A stretch of 63,956 nucleotides of DNA, filler included, from Stramenopiles sp. TOSAG23-2 (lineage: Eukaryota): the NCBI GenBank assembly GCA_900128395.1. It is 3 parts of 3 records of this genome, joined end to end, with 100 filler letters (N's around TTAATTAATTAA, not from the genome) between each part and the next. Parts side by side here need not be neighbours in the genome. Positions count along the whole stretch, not along the records: positions 22,809 to 45,477 come from LT649506.1; 2 more parts are not named here. The stretch is one strand, 5' to 3'. The translations under genes and the position numbers were made by a program. Below the pieces are notes generated by a model. It had not been told where the DNA came from and made no database searches. It saw only the letters and a list, made by a program, of their open reading frames with translations. This document shows positions 22,809 through 34,978 of this stretch, piece after piece. How positions within the stretch are numbered: the first letter of the stretch is position 1; each line of letters opens with the position of its first letter.

Positions 22809-24413
22809 GTAGTGCTAGCATCTCTAACCCTAACGTAAATGATCAAAATGCACGATATTTTTAGTAAACAAGGTTCTAAGTGTAAACTCCCCAGACCACA
22901 ACCTACAGACATTGTGTACGCATCAAGCAACGGATATGCAACGTTTCAAGGTCTAATTTGAATAACTTCAATGAAAGTTTTCAACCTTTCATGATTTTCA
23001 CCATTTCGATGAAAAAGTACTCTAATACTAACTCCATGCTAACGTATGATTTAAAAAAAAATTTCAGCACTTTTCTTTAAAAACATAATTATATATATAA
23101 ACTCTCGGAGAAAAGTTAAATATATCACCTACGATATAGAAACTACGATATTTTATCAAAATTTTTTATGTTTCGTGTTTAAAATGAAGATTTCTAGCTC
23201 CCGTTGAAATTGTTGTGAATGAAAATCGATTTGGAATTCTAGGCCTTTTTCAGGCATGTGAAAATACATTGCAAAATACGGTATAGTTGACACAATATAT
23301 TTCAAGTCACTGAAAATATTGATACAAAAGTAGGTTCAATTCTCATTTCTATAGGTATAGAGGCAATCTTAAGAGTAAGTTGACGACAACTGAGTGTCAG
23401 GAACATACTTTACTAACGACGTTTCAATTGCATGTCAAAGTACCCTTACTATGGAATAGGCTTGTAAAACCTTAATAAAAGTGCCCAAAAATGTGCATTT
23501 TTTAATGAAAATTCACTTTTGGTCTAGCGTTTCATGTAAATGTGATATTTATTTTGGTTGGAGTTTAGAGATACAAGGTATATATATAAAGAAAGGATTT
23601 GGAACTTTATATGGGGTGTAAATGTTGGGAATGATGTTTGTAGACATAATGCAATTTTGATATATCTGATGAAATTTCTCAATTTTCGTACCCATTTTGG
23701 CGGAACTTTTAAAAATGAAAATAAAATTGGCAAAAATATTCGTGTTTGAGGTGTTATAGAAGTGTAGTATAAGTTTGGTAGTCTAATTTACATAATTTTG
23801 TTAGAGTACTTAAAACTATAGTATGGAGATTTTTTGTTATTTTCTATAGTATTATGCATGAAATACTATGGGTTTCGTCCATGGTGTTTATTTATGATAC
23901 TTGCACGGATGGAAAGCGTTAAAGCCAGAAATCATTTTCATCGAATTGTTACTTTGAAAGCCAGGAGATTTTTTGTTATTTTCTATAGTAATGATAATTC
24001 TCCCTATGAAGTTTTTTTTAATATATGGAAATAGCAGGTATAAATTTAGCATGGACACAGGCCTTTCAACATTTTACTTGTAAAAATTGTGTTTTTCTGC
24101 CACATTTTCTGTTTTTCATTTTCTATCATATTTATACTTAATGTTGTCATTTTCATATACTCAGTAGATTTGTAGTGTTTGATATATTTGATAGGCCAGA
24201 TTAGGTATTTTTTGTACTTGAGAGGGTAATAATTTTGAAAAAATATCATCTTCACCGGGGCGGTTAATTTTTTTTTTGGAGTTAAATAACGAATATTAAT
24301 AATTACAAATTGTTCATAAAATTGTTTACACATTCCTTTCCACACAATACACATAAAAAAGCATCCTATCAACACAGCCACAACCAATAATAAAATCAAT
24401 TTGCAGAACACCC

Positions 24414-27400
24414 ATGCCTCCACCAAATCATTCATCCAACAAGGGAAACGATGATATTAATTTTCGTGCTATTGTACCGGTTGCAATAGATTTAGATTTG
24501 TTAGAAAAAGAGAAAAAAAATTCAGCGCAATTTTTGCTATATGGAAAATTTCATTTGGATACGTCTGATTTTATTGTTAGGATCAAAATGTATAATGAAG
24601 AACATTATGAAAACAAAGCTGTAAAGACTATTACAATCACACCAACATATGTAGAAGCAAATAGAATTTTTTTAGAAATACCGGTTGATAAATTGATAGA
24701 TAGCATAGCAAAGGTAGATTTATCATATGATAATGGAAAAACATATACAAACGAGGCTCATAACTTTTCAATCACACATACAAAGTTTGTTGAAATATTA
24801 AGAATATCGCCACTGGCTTGGTCTATACAAGGAGGGACCAAGGTTCGCATAGTTGCAAAGCCTTTGTATCGTTTAAGAACCCCGATAAAATATATCAGGA
24901 TAAGAATCACATATTTATTATTTAAAAACGACGAGAAAACATTTGATAGTATAGTCATCACCCCAGATAATATATTGGGCTGTAATCTTGAATTTTCATC
25001 TCCAATTATACCATTGAAAACGGTCGATTCCATCGTTTCATTAGAAATCTCATTGAATGGAGGCATGACGTTCTCTCAGCATTTCAATATTGCTGTAGTT
25101 TATGATGGTTTACCAGTAGAAGTTGAACATATAAATCCAAATAGGGGTAAAGTTGCTGGTGGAACAAAAATTCAAGTAACGTTGCCAAGTAAATCGCAAT
25201 TTTTATTAAATAGGCTGTTTAAAGCGACGTTCGTTGGAAAAATTAAAGATAGAAGACAAGTTGTAAATATGGTTGTAAATTTTAAAAAAGAAGTTGGTTT
25301 AGAATATAGATTAAACAAAATCAGGCAAAGAATCGGTGAAACAATTTTTAATCACACTTATAATAAATCGTACTCATTAAAAGTGCTTATGAATTGTCTA
25401 CATGCTGAAAACTTACTATTTCATTCCGCTTCGAAAGGAAATATTGTAAATGTTATTTGTTATACACCTGAATGGCCAACTGATATCGTAACTGACGTGA
25501 ATATCATCATCAATGTAAATGATCAATTAAAAATAGATTCTTATATAGATGATGTTGGCAATTTGATAAAAAGCTCAAATGTATCAAATAATTATTGCAT
25601 ATATCAATATGTTCCGCTGTCAAATGTTATTTCAATTGAACCTAAATATATACCATTTGATAGAGAAACGAAAGTAAAAGTATTTGTTTCCTCAGGTCAT
25701 GAAAATAAAAAAAAAGTAAAAATACGCTTAGTTGATACCAGTACAAATAAATATTTGTCCGTAGATGGCTTTAGTAGGAGCAATAACACCAACATGTTCA
25801 TTGCCAATATTCCAAAAATGGAAAAAACTTTCATGTTAAAGTTAAGAGTCGTACATTTTGATATGATTGGAAACGCCAGTAAAGATATTATAAGCTGTTA
25901 CTCCAATCCTATACTTACACGGAAAAGTGTGAGATGGATTGATATTCGATCGCAAGATTACATACGACTATCCGGTTTTCATTTACTTCCATTTAATGTA
26001 CGATTGAGTGGCAATAGTTGTTTCAATGTTCAAATTAAATTATTTATTGCAAATGAAATAGAAAATGAGAAAACACTTTTTGCAAATGAGGAATTAGCAA
26101 TGGTACATGGCAAAGCTCGCTGGGCTACTCCTACAGATTACAAATATGGAAATAATAGCAACAACAATAAAAAACAACAGAATAATTATGATATGTACGA
26201 CTCAATAATTGAATTCCAATTACCCCAAGATATGCGAAACATGCCAATGATCAAAAATAAGCTTGAATATAGACCACAAGTCATCTCTCCTACTAGTACA
26301 TCGCCTTTGTCTGTTGAAGAAACAGATGTTTTATTGATTAAAGCTAAAGTTTCGTTTAATGGTATCCATTGGCATCCCCTTTTTGGTGAATTTAATACTA
26401 GTATCAAAAAAAAAAATATTCGTAAGAAAATAGCTCCAGCGTTAGTTGTTGGTGAACAGCCAAGTATAAGGTCCGTAGATACTATATACAGTGGAACTGG
26501 GTCAATCTTAGCAACTGTAAGTGGAAATGGTTTTTTTGATACAAATTACATTACTGTAAAACTAGAGTTTCTAAATGCACCATCAATATTTTCATCTTGT
26601 ATTTTATTAAATGCCACATACAAATCAAATAAGACGGTGTTTGTCGAAATTTTTCCACCAACTTGGCTAAAATCATTAAATAGCGACTCATACAAGCAAT
26701 CTTGCAAATTTTCAGTATCAAACGATGGTAAAAGGTTTAATGACAGAGCCCATATATCAACAATAACGTTTGAAACAAATGGTTTTCTTGAAATGCAACA
26801 AGAAAAAGCATTTGCATTGGTGCAACATGCTATAGCGGAAGGCGAAGAACTAGCTAGAAATAACCCACCAGAACTTGAACAATGGGAAAAAATACTTATT
26901 GCTAGGAGAAAACGTGATGGAAATAAAACTGTTAATAAATCAGGTCCTATAAAACCATCGTTTGACAAAGCAGCATATATTAATAATTTAAATCAAAGCA
27001 TTGCTAAGCGTCCAAATTCTGCACGGGTGTCATCATCAAGGAAGCAGTTCAATAATAGAGGTAGACGCAATATAATTGTGAATAAAACTTCAAATAATAA
27101 AATGGCAAAAGCTAAAAAGTTACACGTTGGTTTTAATTCCTCTGGAAAAGCACGTCAGGATGTCAGAACTTGGAGAAGTCAGCCGTTTTTTAATGTTAAC
27201 TTTGATGTAGAGGATGAAGTACCACTGGTTGCAAGCTGGTATACCAATAAAGAAGAAGAGCAAGAAAACAACCAAGGTGAACAACAGAGCGAAATGAAAG
27301 CGAAAAAGAAGGAAACAAAAGGAACGTTTTCTAAATCTACAAGAGCGGATGATCCAACTCAAAAGTGGATACAAAAGGAAAAAACAAATATACCAGGACC

Positions 27401-27962
27401 TGGTGCATATCATGAAGTACTGTACGATACTTACGAAAACAAAGCGCCTTTTAATTCAAAAAGCACACGAACAACATTTGATACGAAAAAAAAAGGCGAA
27501 ATACCTGGTTCTTGGTCGTATAATACTTCAAAAAATATTGCAATGGCAAAAAGAACAAAATTTGAAACTTCGAGTTTTGCAAAGTCTATACATAAAGATA
27601 GATTCGGGCGTCCGATATCAAAAGTTTTAATGGATAGACAAAAAGCACGTTTGAATGGGCCTCATCAAGAATTTGTTAGAAAAAACAGTTTAAATCAACG
27701 AGAAATTGACAAACAAAAAAGAAACAAGAATTTGTTGCATGCAGATAAAATGATTCATTGGGCATCTGGAAAAAAAGCTAGAACAACAAGAGAATTTAGA
27801 TTGGACCATAAATTTAATCATAAGCATCATCATGAATTAGCTAGTATGAAAAACCAAACATTTAATGTAATGGCTTCTATTTGCGAAAATTTGAAAATTC
27901 AACAAAATGTTGATTTGACAGAGAGTTACAATGCAACTACGAGATTGCTGCGTATGTTGTAA
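24414..27962 (+). CDS. Large protein with IPT/TIG-like repeats and C-terminal PGP (SHIPPO-like) motifs, possibly ciliary
   Basis: Repeated ISP..GGTKVRI / EISLNGG / SVSNDGKRF IPT-like patterns; PGPGAY and PGSWSY motifs near the C-terminus. Confidence 0.7.
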   Translation: MPPPNHSSNKGNDDINFRAIVPVAIDLDLLEKEKKNSAQFLLYGKFHLDTSDFIVRIKMYNEEHYENKAVKTITITPTYVEANRIFLEIPVDKLIDSIAKVDLSYDNGKTYTNEAHNFSITHTKFVEILRISPLAWSIQGGTKVRIVAKPLYRLRTPIKYIRIRITYLLFKNDEKTFDSIVITPDNILGCNLEFSSPIIPLKTVDSIVSLEISLNGGMTFSQHFNIAVVYDGLPVEVEHINPNRGKVAGGTKIQVTLPSKSQFLLNRLFKATFVGKIKDRRQVVNMVVNFKKEVGLEYRLNKIRQRIGETIFNHTYNKSYSLKVLMNCLHAENLLFHSASKGNIVNVICYTPEWPTDIVTDVNIIINVNDQLKIDSYIDDVGNLIKSSNVSNNYCIYQYVPLSNVISIEPKYIPFDRETKVKVFVSSGHENKKKVKIRLVDTSTNKYLSVDGFSRSNNTNMFIANIPKMEKTFMLKLRVVHFDMIGNASKDIISCYSNPILTRKSVRWIDIRSQDYIRLSGFHLLPFNVRLSGNSCFNVQIKLFIANEIENEKTLFANEELAMVHGKARWATPTDYKYGNNSNNNKKQQNNYDMYDSIIEFQLPQDMRNMPMIKNKLEYRPQVISPTSTSPLSVEETDVLLIKAKVSFNGIHWHPLFGEFNTSIKKKNIRKKIAPALVVGEQPSIRSVDTIYSGTGSILATVSGNGFFDTNYITVKLEFLNAPSIFSSCILLNATYKSNKTVFVEIFPPTWLKSLNSDSYKQSCKFSVSNDGKRFNDRAHISTITFETNGFLEMQQEKAFALVQHAIAEGEELARNNPPELEQWEKILIARRKRDGNKTVNKSGPIKPSFDKAAYINNLNQSIAKRPNSARVSSSRKQFNNRGRRNIIVNKTSNNKMAKAKKLHVGFNSSGKARQDVRTWRSQPFFNVNFDVEDEVPLVASWYTNKEEEQENNQGEQQSEMKAKKKETKGTFSKSTRADDPTQKWIQKEKTNIPGPGAYHEVLYDTYENKAPFNSKSTRTTFDTKKKGEIPGSWSYNTSKNIAMAKRTKFETSSFAKSIHKDRFGRPISKVLMDRQKARLNGPHQEFVRKNSLNQREIDKQKRNKNLLHADKMIHWASGKKARTTREFRLDHKFNHKHHHELASMKNQTFNVMASICENLKIQQNVDLTESYNATTRLLRML

Positions 27963-28213
27963 ATGTCATCATAAAAGAGAGGAAATACACACAGTAATAT
28001 TGTCTATACTGGTACGAACTTCTTAATAATTTTTATTTTACGAAGTATATTTTGATACGAAGTATTTCATTATATTTCCTTTTTAAATAATATATATGAG
28101 TAAGAGAAAAACACATATATGATGTACGTTTTCCATCAGCTATTATGAGTAGTTGATATTATCTATTTACCTTCATTGGTATTCTCGATTATGGAAATAT
28201 CAACACACTAGTG

Positions 28214-28426
28214 TGAGATAGATTATTTCAGTTATTGTATTCTTTTGAAGAGTAGGAATTATCATGAGTAAATTAAAACAATAAATTATGCGTAAATTAA
28301 AAAAAAATATATATATATGAGATAGATTATTTCAGTTATTGTATTCTTTTGAAGAGAGTAGGAATTATCATGAGTAAATTAAAACAATAAATTATGCGTA
28401 AATTAAAAAAAAATATATATATATAT
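28214..28426. repeat. Tandem duplication, 2 x ~105 bp
   Basis: TGAGATAGATTATTTCAGTTATTG...AAAATATATATATAT occurs twice head to tail. Confidence 0.9.
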
Positions 28427-28432
28427 AAAGAT

Positions 28433-30045
28433 TTATTTTTTACTGATAGCATTTTTTATTTGAGTCAATTGATCAAGAAGTTTTTCATCTAATTGATCGA
28501 GTAACTTTTGTTCAAGTTGTGACATCCTAGTCTTAATAGATGCAATAGCATCAGCATTTTCATCATCATCATCAACATCACGAGATACACATTCCTCAAA
28601 TGTTTCTTGATACATAATGGTTCTTGACCACGAACGAGCATCTTCTGACATACCATATTAGGTTCTTTACATCCTTTTCTAGCAGTACTTCTTTTCCATC
28701 ATTATTTGCTTGTGATGACAGCAGCACGTACTTTTCGAGTAACTTTTTATTCGCACGACAGGCAGTAGCATAGTGAAGTGGCAACATAAGCGTTTGCTCT
28801 TCCTTTGCGGAGAACAAATCTGTAAGATCTGAACTATAAGTCTCACCCTCTGCTTTAAAATAACCGCAAATAACTTCGATCGTTTCCGCAGGTGCATTTA
28901 CTTCTGCCAAATAGTGAAAAATATTCCTCTCATTATCACCTTTTAATTTGATAAGGCTCTTGTCAGTATCTAATATTGTTTGCCAGATGGACATTGTTGC
29001 ATCATATTGAGCAGCATAATGCACTGCATGCAACGTACCAGGAGAATCTGGTAATTTCAGATACCTTTTAAAATTCTCATCCCCTTTTTGTTTTTCTTTC
29101 TCAAATAGATCTGCACAAATCTTCCATAACCCTGCTTTCATTGCTAAATGTAGATCGCCTTCCTTCATTTTGACCATTTTTTCCCACAACTTCATTGCTA
29201 AAACGTTATTTCCTTTTTGCGCTGCAATTTCGATGGGCATTCGACCAATCTCATCCTTTTTTGTTACCAGTTGCTCCATTGCATCAATTATAATTTCCAT
29301 TTCTTCTGGTGAAGATATTCCTTCTGATACGAGAAAATGCAACGCAGTACTGCTAATGGCGACTTCTATATCATCTTCTCCAAGGTCGTTATAATGTCTA
29401 ACTCGTACTGCATTTCCAGAAGCATGCATAATTGCTTCTGTCACCTCACGTGCATCTTCCTCGTCTTTTAATTTTTCCATTCTTGTTGGTTTCAAGCGCA
29501 CAAATTTCGGGGCTGTAGGAGACCAAGATTCTTTCATTGATATAGTCACATCTGTAAATATAAGACGATCCTTCGCGAATATTTTATCATTATCATTAAT
29601 TTCAGAAGTATCTTCCTTTGATTCACTATTTTGGTGCGTATTTACCGTGAATGAACAAATATCCTCTACTAGACTTTGATGTTTCATCGCGTCAACGACA
29701 GTTCTATATTCATCATTCGGTGGACCAAATTTCATTTTCTCATCTCCAAAATTAACATGGTAATGGCCATCAGAAGTAACTGCAGGCCATAAACCGCCAC
29801 TGTAATGCATATCTTCAAAAACATTTTTCCACTCTCCGTTTACACAAACATGAAAACTCTTCTTCATCCCATCCAAATCAATCGCAAAGCCAACAACATC
29901 ATTGTCCTTCCAGCTTATATTGACATTTTTTTTTTGACCATACCAAACCTTACTTCTAACGCCATCAGCACCCCAACTATTTGCAGTATCACCGACGCCA
30001 ACACCTTTGTATTGATTAATTCTTTTGAATGGTGCAATAGAGCTT
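28433..30045 (-). pseudogene. Fragmented SPRY + ankyrin-repeat gene, 5'-truncated, with an out-of-frame coiled-coil tail
   Basis: The frame is open to about 30045 with no ATG upstream of the SPRY segment. SPRY motifs GVGDTANSWGADG, DVVGFAIDLD, LWPAVT, VNFG; ankyrin motifs (VHYAAQY, FHYLAE, LPLHYA). The coiled-coil tail at 28433-28651 is in another frame. Confidence 0.65.
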
Positions 30046-30231
30046 TACTATAGTAGGATAACATATTATTCTTGCGATTGAGTATTGAGCATATTACTTT
30101 AACACGAGAAGTGTAAAAATATTATAACTTAGATTTTAACCATCATAATACGAAGGAGTAGCTTTTTCACCTAACTCTGAATCACAGATAGAGGAAGACT
30201 CTTTTGAATACTAAAATAATTTACTATTTTT

Positions 30232-30440
30232 ATAATAAATGAGCATTTAAATCATTTTTGATTTGAGATGTTAACTCCCGGGAGTAAAAGAAATTTATAT
30301 AATATATATGAGTAAGAGAAATAATATATATATTTTTTACTATGTTTATATAATAAGTGAGTATTTAAATCATTTTTTATTTGAGATGTTAACTTCCGGG
30401 AGTAAAAGAAATTTATATAATATGTGAAGTAAGAGAAATT
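30232..30440. repeat. Imperfect tandem duplication, 2 x ~120 bp
   Basis: ATTTAAATCATTTTT..ATTTGAGATGTTAACT.CCGGGAGTAAAAGAAATTTATAT..AGTAAGAGAAAT occurs twice. Confidence 0.85.
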
Positions 30441-30681
30441 ATATTAAATATTTTTTTATAAAAAAATATTATATATATATATATTAATAAAATTTAAAAT
30501 TAGAGAGGATCCTCTCTATTTAAAATGTACACACACAAAAAATATTATACATTTGATACGTTTCGTAATATATTTTTTATTTATATATTACGATGCGTAC
30601 GTAAAATTTTACACACACACAAACACACAATTTGTTTTATATATAATATCATGTTGGTACAAATACTCGCAAGCTCTCTCT

Positions 30682-31302
30682 CTACTTTTTTGATTCTTCC
30701 AATTTTGTCATCCATTTTGTTACAATGGCATGTTGCATAATAGTAGTATTTAACTCTTTCAACTTTGGAAATCCATCCAAATATTCTGCAGGAACATAAT
30801 CAAATTCACCAGTAGCAATACATCCTGTTACAAAAATCAAATGCAAATCAGCAATGGTAAGTTCATCACCAAGACAAAATTTACCACCTTCAGCTTCCAC
30901 CATGCTCGTCAATTGACTCATGTAGGATTTCATTCTACCAGCTGCATATTCTTCACGTAATTTTTTTTTCTCCTCTGGACTTGATGCTTGTGGTGCTTTG
31001 GCCATTAAATCAGTCAAGGTATCAAGAATACTATCACATACCATTGCTTTTAGCGGATCTTCTGGATACAAACCACAAAGCTTTCCAGCATAACGCAATA
31101 TTGCACAACTTTGTGTGATTTCTCGCCCATTCACCAATTTCAATATAGGCAAGCCAGTTGGAAATTTCCCTTCTTTCTTTGCTGCAATAAAGTCTTGATA
31201 CGACACACGATTATCTTTCCAATCAATACCAGCATGATTGAAACAAACACGAATTCCAAATGCCCTGCTTCCTACAGATGAATCAAAGTGCGTTAATTCC
31301 AT
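30682..31302 (-). CDS. Glutathione S-transferase (sigma-like)
   Basis: GRAFGIR, PTGLPIL, ITQSCAILRYAGKLCGLYP, GDELTIADL motifs. Confidence 0.93.
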   Translation of the reverse strand: MELTHFDSSVGSRAFGIRVCFNHAGIDWKDNRVSYQDFIAAKKEGKFPTGLPILKLVNGREITQSCAILRYAGKLCGLYPEDPLKAMVCDSILDTLTDLMAKAPQASSPEEKKKLREEYAAGRMKSYMSQLTSMVEAEGGKFCLGDELTIADLHLIFVTGCIATGEFDYVPAEYLDGFPKLKELNTTIMQHAIVTKWMTKLEESKK

Positions 31303-31852
31303 AATGTATTAATATATATATATATAATATTCTTTAATTTCTCTGGTCTTACTTGTTGTTTTCTCTTTTAGCTTTTGTTATATACCTTTTTGCATTTCCC
31401 ATTCTCTGTTTCTTTGTTTTGTTGATACGAACAGAAAATAGAACAATATGTACATATATGTTGGACATAAAAAACCGGAGAACCAACAACAACAACAACA
31501 AAAAAAGATCTTTTTTTATTGAATCCCCTCACATATTTACCTTAATTATATATTCTAATTCACCCTTCAAGTATAAATGTACTAATGCAAGCTGGCAAGT
31601 TCGATCCTATTTTAGATGCTATCACCTGTGTAACCTGCATTGTACTGATATCCTTTGATAGGGTAATATAGTTATAGTATTTGATGAACGTTGGTATATC
31701 TTCTCCGCGCGGATCTACATATATTCTAGAAATATACTAAATATAAATTTATGTAGAGGTAGAGATATACAAGATAGAATTGGAAAGTATATATATATAT
31801 ATATATATGTTGGAAAAAAATTACCTTTTTGTATATTGTTGAAAGCGTGATC

Positions 31853-34360
31853 ATGGATATATATATTGATAAAGAAAATCCAGGTGGAATGCGACATACC
31901 TTGAAGCGAAAAAAGAAAGGATTGTCCGTGCGAAAAAGAGCATTGCAAACATTGGAAGAGACGAACATATCAACAATTATTGGGAAAGAAGAAACGATAG
32001 TAAAACAACATGAAAAAGACGTAGAAGGAAACAATGAAAATCAAAATATTAATATATCCAATCGATCTAAAAACGAAATGAAGAAGAACCAACAAAAATT
32101 GAAAAGTAAAAATACCGCAACGCCGGTAGCAAATGGTAATAAGGCAGCTGGTAAACCGAAACTAACAAAATTTAAAATGCCTGATTATATTAAAAATTTT
32201 GGAAACGGACCGTCACGAATGAAAAAAAATACTGTTGCTTTTGGTACCCCAAGAGATAAAGCTTCGAACAATAGTAATAACGGAATTAGCAATAAAAAAA
32301 ATTCCAATATGACTTCTGTCGAGAAACGAAAATTGTTAACTCGTTTAGGAGGCGCAAAGCGTATTACAAGTGGAAGCAGCAGTAAAAGTAGTAATAACAA
32401 TACGAATCATACCAATACCGAGCAACAAGCAACTTTTGAAAATACAACATCATCAATACTTAATGGATTACAAAATACAACAACAAAACTTGAAGCGATA
32501 CACGAAGTTGATAATAACAAGACTTTAAATTCGTTAGGTAGTACAACGTCTCATTCTTCATCATCAAGCGAAAATACAGCGACAAATATAACAAATAGCA
32601 TTAAGAGTGAAATAAAGAAAAAATCGACATTGAAAAAAGCAAATACACCTAGCATTACTAGTAGCAGTAACAAAAAAATAACAACGCCCGTAAATATCAA
32701 GTTGGACTATATAAAAAATTGGGTGCCAGGCAAGAGAACGAAATCAATGACATCATCATCAAACGCTTCTGATAATAATACAAATATTAATAATGTAGAA
32801 ATGAATAATTTGGAAATCAAAAATAAAATTGAAAATAAGAATAATAACAACAGTAATAAGAACAATAACAACAGTAATAACAACAAGAACGATAATAATA
32901 AAAAATCAACCACTTCAAACAATAATTACGATATCAAACAACAACAGGAGCAAAAGGTAAATGTAGAATTGAATAATAATAGAAATATGAAAAAGAATAA
33001 TGAAAATGTCATATCTAATAATAATAATAAAACCAAAAACAATCATTATAAAAAACCATTGAGTAGCAAAAAAGGAAAAGTTGAAGAAAGTAATAAAAAT
33101 AGAAAAGTCAGACAAGATTCAAGTAAAAGTAGTACCAGCACCAGCAGCAGCAAAAACACTAAACAACAAAGCAAGGAAATATCATTCAACACTGTTATGA
33201 CTTCTAAGAATATTGTTAGTGTTTCTGGTCGAAATTACATGCGTTTGGAACAGATTGGTCGAGGTGGATCTTCAAAAGTATATAAAGTTTTGGGTAATGA
33301 TATGAAAATTTACGCTTTAAAACGTATACGACCACAGCGCATGAATAGAAAAACGTTAAGTATCTTTCAAAACGAAATTAATTTAATGGTAGCATTGAAA
33401 GGGAAACCAAATATTATTCAATTAATCGATGCTGAAATCAATATGGAAAAAAAATGCATTTACATGGTTATGGAAATGGGAGATATTGATTTAAACCATT
33501 TGTTAAAAAAGAGGAAAGAAGAGGCATCGAATGTATCTGTCGCTTCAAACGAAAATTTTGTACGAATTACATGGCAACAAATGCTTGAAGCTGTTCATAC
33601 GATTCATCAAAACAGAATCGTGCATAGTGATTTAAAACCTGCAAATTTTTTATGTGTTAAAGGTGTGTTGAAACTTATTGATTTTGGAATTGCAAAAACA
33701 ATTAATGATGATACTGTTAATATTCATCGCGAGTCGCAAATTGGTACTATCAATTACATGAGTCCGGAATCCATAAGTGACACAGGATCACATAGTGGTG
33801 CAACACCATTTGGTAAACGGAAACAACATATGAAGCTTGGACGTTCAAGTGATATATGGTCACTTGGTTGTATATTATATCAAATGGTTTATGGAAAGAC
33901 GCCGTTTGCACATTTAGGTTTGGTACAAAAATTACAAGCAATAACAAATTGTAAATACGAAATTAATTATCCAGATCATCCAAATCCAGCATTAATTAAT
34001 ACTATCAAAGCATGTTTACAACGTGATCCAAAATTGAGACCGACGATTGATGGACCTAATGGTTTACTTACTAATGAGTTTTTAAATCCAAAAAGCAATA
34101 TAAATAATAACGATGGTGATAATGATATGAAGAAAGAAAACAATGCATCGGTACATGTTACAAGTACGAAAATTGATTTAGAAAATATGAGTGATTTAGT
34201 AGATGGATTATTAGATTTAGGCCATCGCTTAGGCGCAACAAAAAATGAACGCGATAAAAGAGTACGAGAAAAGCTAGCGTTGGAATTATACAATCAATTT
34301 AAAAAAGGCAAACCATTTGATTTAGAAGATGCATTGGATAGTGCAGTAAGCAAGCGTTGA
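31853..34360 (+). CDS. MPS1: Mps1/TTK spindle-checkpoint kinase
   Basis: IGRGGSSKVY, VHSDLKPANFL, LKLIDFGIA, RESQIGTINYMSPE, SDIWSLGCILYQMVYGKTPF; N-terminal KEN box; first ATG at 31853. Confidence 0.93.
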   Translation: MDIYIDKENPGGMRHTLKRKKKGLSVRKRALQTLEETNISTIIGKEETIVKQHEKDVEGNNENQNINISNRSKNEMKKNQQKLKSKNTATPVANGNKAAGKPKLTKFKMPDYIKNFGNGPSRMKKNTVAFGTPRDKASNNSNNGISNKKNSNMTSVEKRKLLTRLGGAKRITSGSSSKSSNNNTNHTNTEQQATFENTTSSILNGLQNTTTKLEAIHEVDNNKTLNSLGSTTSHSSSSSENTATNITNSIKSEIKKKSTLKKANTPSITSSSNKKITTPVNIKLDYIKNWVPGKRTKSMTSSSNASDNNTNINNVEMNNLEIKNKIENKNNNNSNKNNNNSNNNKNDNNKKSTTSNNNYDIKQQQEQKVNVELNNNRNMKKNNENVISNNNNKTKNNHYKKPLSSKKGKVEESNKNRKVRQDSSKSSTSTSSSKNTKQQSKEISFNTVMTSKNIVSVSGRNYMRLEQIGRGGSSKVYKVLGNDMKIYALKRIRPQRMNRKTLSIFQNEINLMVALKGKPNIIQLIDAEINMEKKCIYMVMEMGDIDLNHLLKKRKEEASNVSVASNENFVRITWQQMLEAVHTIHQNRIVHSDLKPANFLCVKGVLKLIDFGIAKTINDDTVNIHRESQIGTINYMSPESISDTGSHSGATPFGKRKQHMKLGRSSDIWSLGCILYQMVYGKTPFAHLGLVQKLQAITNCKYEINYPDHPNPALINTIKACLQRDPKLRPTIDGPNGLLTNEFLNPKSNINNNDGDNDMKKENNASVHVTSTKIDLENMSDLVDGLLDLGHRLGATKNERDKRVREKLALELYNQFKKGKPFDLEDALDSAVSKR

Positions 34361-34978
34361 GAATGTGTGTAAAATACATGTGTTTTTATGTCACGAAGAG
34401 GAAGAGAGAGAGAGAGAGTAAAAAAAAACCATTTTTGCATATATCATATAATATGTACATCTAATGGTGATATCAAATATGATATTATGATATTATGATA
34501 TATATATTAATATAATTTTGGAATTTTTATACGAGCTCGTTATCATAATATTTTTGTAACATGATATCATATTATCATATGCATATTATACACTAGAAAA
34601 ATATTGACACACCGTAAAAAAGAATATTTTTTCAAAACACTAAAAAACGTTTATTATAAAAAATATATTATGTTATTTTATACCAACAAGATACAAACCA
34701 CACACACACACACACAACAACAATTTTCCACCTTTTGTTTTTTAAAAACACATCGTATCAATTTCAGAACAATTTAACGCAAGCCGGGACACATAACGAT
34801 CTCCTAGTCAACTCTCTCCCAAGAGGATACTATCTTGCATTTAATTTGTAAGGGAATCACCCCTTACCTTCCATCATACAATATTAAAACAAAAAGAAAA
34901 GTTGCAACGTATGAATGTACAATAATGTACATAAACATTTTCTACCATTTCAACCGCATAATTGCTATATTTCAATAT

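Noticed and set aside
22809..24400. Long gene-free stretch with short ORFs (23524-24435)
   Set aside because: No recognisable domains or termini. It may be a transposon relic, but I cannot support a call.
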